Shown here piece by piece: positions 60,335-64,000 of a stretch of DNA of 64,000 nucleotides. Position 1 is the first letter of the stretch. Every line of letters starts with the position of its first letter. The position numbers and the translations under genes were made by a program. The stretch lies in the IMG/VR virus record IMGVR_UViG_3300020472_000018, positions 1-64,000 of that record; one strand, given 5' to 3'. Below the pieces are notes generated by a model. The model was not told the DNA's origin, searched no databases, and worked only from the letters and a program-made list of their open reading frames with translations. This DNA comes from a virus.

Positions 60335-60419
60335 GTCAAACTGCAAACTCTATTCAAGGATAACATGTTAATTCATTCACATCCACCTTAAGTAAACCTA
60401 TTTAAATCGAATATTAAGA

Positions 60420-60454
60420 AAACCCTTGACTTATTCAGTTAGGGGTTTTATAAT
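60420..60454 (+). promoter_or_regulatory. Sigma70 promoter overlapping a terminator-like hairpin
   Basis: TTGACT-N17-TATAAT; AAACCCTTGACT/AGTTAGGGGTTT inverted repeat. Confidence 0.7.
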
Positions 60455-60460
60455 GTAAAT

Positions 60461-60991
60461 ATGGAAATAGAAGTATTTGATAATTATCTACCAGATCGAG
60501 AGTATTCTATTATTCACGATTGTATGTTAGGATATAATGATGGTGGAGATATTCATCATTCCTTTACTTGGAATTTTGTAGATCATATTGCATCATCACC
60601 TTGTCCAGATAAGTATTTTCAATTTATTCATATACTTTTTATGGATCATACCATATTAAGTCCATATTTTGATATAGTAAAACCTATTATTAAAAAGGAA
60701 TCTATGGTTGCACTTAATAGAATTAAATGTAATATGATTATTGGATCTGAAGAATTAAAAATCTTTAAGAACTCTTTTCATTGTGATGTTGCACCTAAAA
60801 CTGCTGAGAAGATAACAACTGCAATATACTATGTAAATAGTAATAATGGTTTTACATTATTTGAGGATGGTACTAAGGTGGAGAGTATTGGTAATCGTTT
60901 AGTTAAATTTACTGGTTATCTAAAGCATACTGGAACAACTTGTACTGATGCAAATCGTAGAGTATTAATTAACTTTAATTATTATACATAA
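60461..60991 (+). CDS. 2OG-Fe(II)-oxygenase-like (DSBH) protein
   Basis: FHCD, TTAIYYVNSNNG.T.F, NRLVKF...HTG, R.LINFNY. Confidence 0.65.
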   Translation: MEIEVFDNYLPDREYSIIHDCMLGYNDGGDIHHSFTWNFVDHIASSPCPDKYFQFIHILFMDHTILSPYFDIVKPIIKKESMVALNRIKCNMIIGSEELKIFKNSFHCDVAPKTAEKITTAIYYVNSNNGFTLFEDGTKVESIGNRLVKFTGYLKHTGTTCTDANRRVLINFNYYT

Positions 60992-61530
60992 TGTCTGATA
61001 TTAAAATATATAATGATTTTTTGAGTGATGAAGAGTATTCGCCAATATATCAATACTTTCTTGATAATGAAAGAGGATTGAATGGTGATAGTGTCCCTTG
61101 GTATTGGGTAAATGGTGTTACTACAATGGGTGATGGTAACATACAGTTTATTAGTTTAGGATATGGAAATTATCAGATAACTAATATGACTATGTTTAGT
61201 GTTTTATCACCTATTATACATAAAATTAAACCAATAGCATTACATAGAGTTAAAGCTAATTTAACTTTAAGTAAACAACTACAACCCATTGATGAGGAAA
61301 AGATTTATCATGTGGATAATGATTTTTGTATTGAGAATAAAGGTGTAATGACTACAGGCATTTATTATGTTAATACAAATGATGGTTATACATTATTTGA
61401 GGATGGTACTAAAGTTGAAAGTGTTGCTAACAGATTTGTTACTTTTCCCTGCCATATTAAACATGGCGGTATGCCGTACAATAATGATAAGTTTGGGAGA
61501 AGAATTGTAGTAAACTTTAATTGGATATAG
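60991..61530 (+). CDS. 2OG-Fe(II)-oxygenase-like (DSBH) protein, tandem paralog
   Basis: YHVD, TTGIYYVNTNDGYTLFEDGTKVES..NRFV.F...HGG, R.VVNFNW. Confidence 0.65.
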   Translation: MSDIKIYNDFLSDEEYSPIYQYFLDNERGLNGDSVPWYWVNGVTTMGDGNIQFISLGYGNYQITNMTMFSVLSPIIHKIKPIALHRVKANLTLSKQLQPIDEEKIYHVDNDFCIENKGVMTTGIYYVNTNDGYTLFEDGTKVESVANRFVTFPCHIKHGGMPYNNDKFGRRIVVNFNWI

Positions 61531-61581
61531 TTGTTTTTTATGATGTTTTATAGTAAAATGGAAACTAATGCGTTACTTGAT

Positions 61582-61729
61582 ATGAATAACCCTTTAAGTC
61601 CAGTTAAGATGGTAAGAGAGTCTTATTCTAGGTACTTACAAAAGAACTTTACTGAGGTTCAAGTGCAGTTTGATGAAGAAGAACCTGCATGGATACCTTA
61701 CGATACTTTATTAGCAATGATGAGGAGAG

Positions 61730-61746
<17 letters not shown>
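61582..61746 (+). CDS. Small hypothetical protein
   Basis: MNNPLSPVK..EVQVQFDEEEPAWIPYDTL; start uncertain (61558 or 61582). Confidence 0.55.
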
Positions 61747-63613
<1,867 letters not shown>

Positions 63614-63617
<4 letters not shown>

Positions 63618-63943
63618 AAAAAATATTATTTAATATTCATGAAGCAGTTTGGTGGGTAGTTGCTGAACTTGAAGATTGGTTATATCCATATAGAGATAGG
63701 GAAGTAACTCAACCTTTATGGGCAGAGAATTATGATGCTGATGTTAATGAATTAACATACCTTAAATCACAAATGGAATCTGCTAACCAGAGAATTGAGA
63801 GATTACAGAGTGAGATGATTTATGTTACGTCTGAAATACACAGTATAAATACTGGATTAAAAGAAAATCGAAATCCAAATCAATCCAATGAAGGACAAGA
63901 AGGCAGCGAAGCTATTGTTAAAGAGAGCAAAGAAACACCCTGA
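63614..63943 (+). CDS. Hypothetical coiled-coil protein
   Basis: ATGA coupling; ORF track. Confidence 0.55.
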
Positions 63944-64000
63944 ATGGTATTCTAAGAAAGAGATTAAGTATGCTAAGATGGTAAAGAAAAGAATTAAAAT
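63888..64000 (+). CDS. Small basic protein (truncated at window end)
   Basis: MKDKKAAKLLLKRAKKHPEWYSKKEIKYAKMVKKRIK. Confidence 0.6.
   Translation, partial: MKDKKAAKLLLKRAKKHPEWYSKKEIKYAKMVKKRIK

Overview
AT-rich 64-kb segment of a T4-like marine cyanomyophage. It resembles P-SSM2 and, from pebS/purN/pyrE and low GC, probably infects Prochlorococcus. It runs from the 3' end of gp32 through the baseplate/tail-initiation genes (gp53, gp48, gp2, gp4, gp54, gp26, gp51, two hub/tape-measure-like genes, gp27-like, gp5). A ~36-kb fibre region follows, then an accessory island: methyltransferase pieces, SF2 helicase, putative nuclease, cytidylyltransferase, halogenase-like protein, pyrE, purN, 2OG-Fe(II) oxygenases and pebS. 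Main observations: (1) An array of eight fibre genes (six collagen-like) has six N-terminal 'plug' motifs and six internal 'socket' motifs that co-vary in gene order. This suggests a self-assembling branched receptor-binding tree with eight different tips, and a prolyl-4-hydroxylase-type oxygenase is encoded right behind it. (2) A complete -1 frameshift signal would fuse gp26 to gp51. (3) A subtilisin/Calx-beta giant protein shares a split cupredoxin-like domain with the next gene. (4) A split restriction-modification-like cassette. (5) An NtcA-box/structured-leader unit in front of a 50-aa Cys-rich peptide. All calls come from motif recognition by eye; no searches were run.
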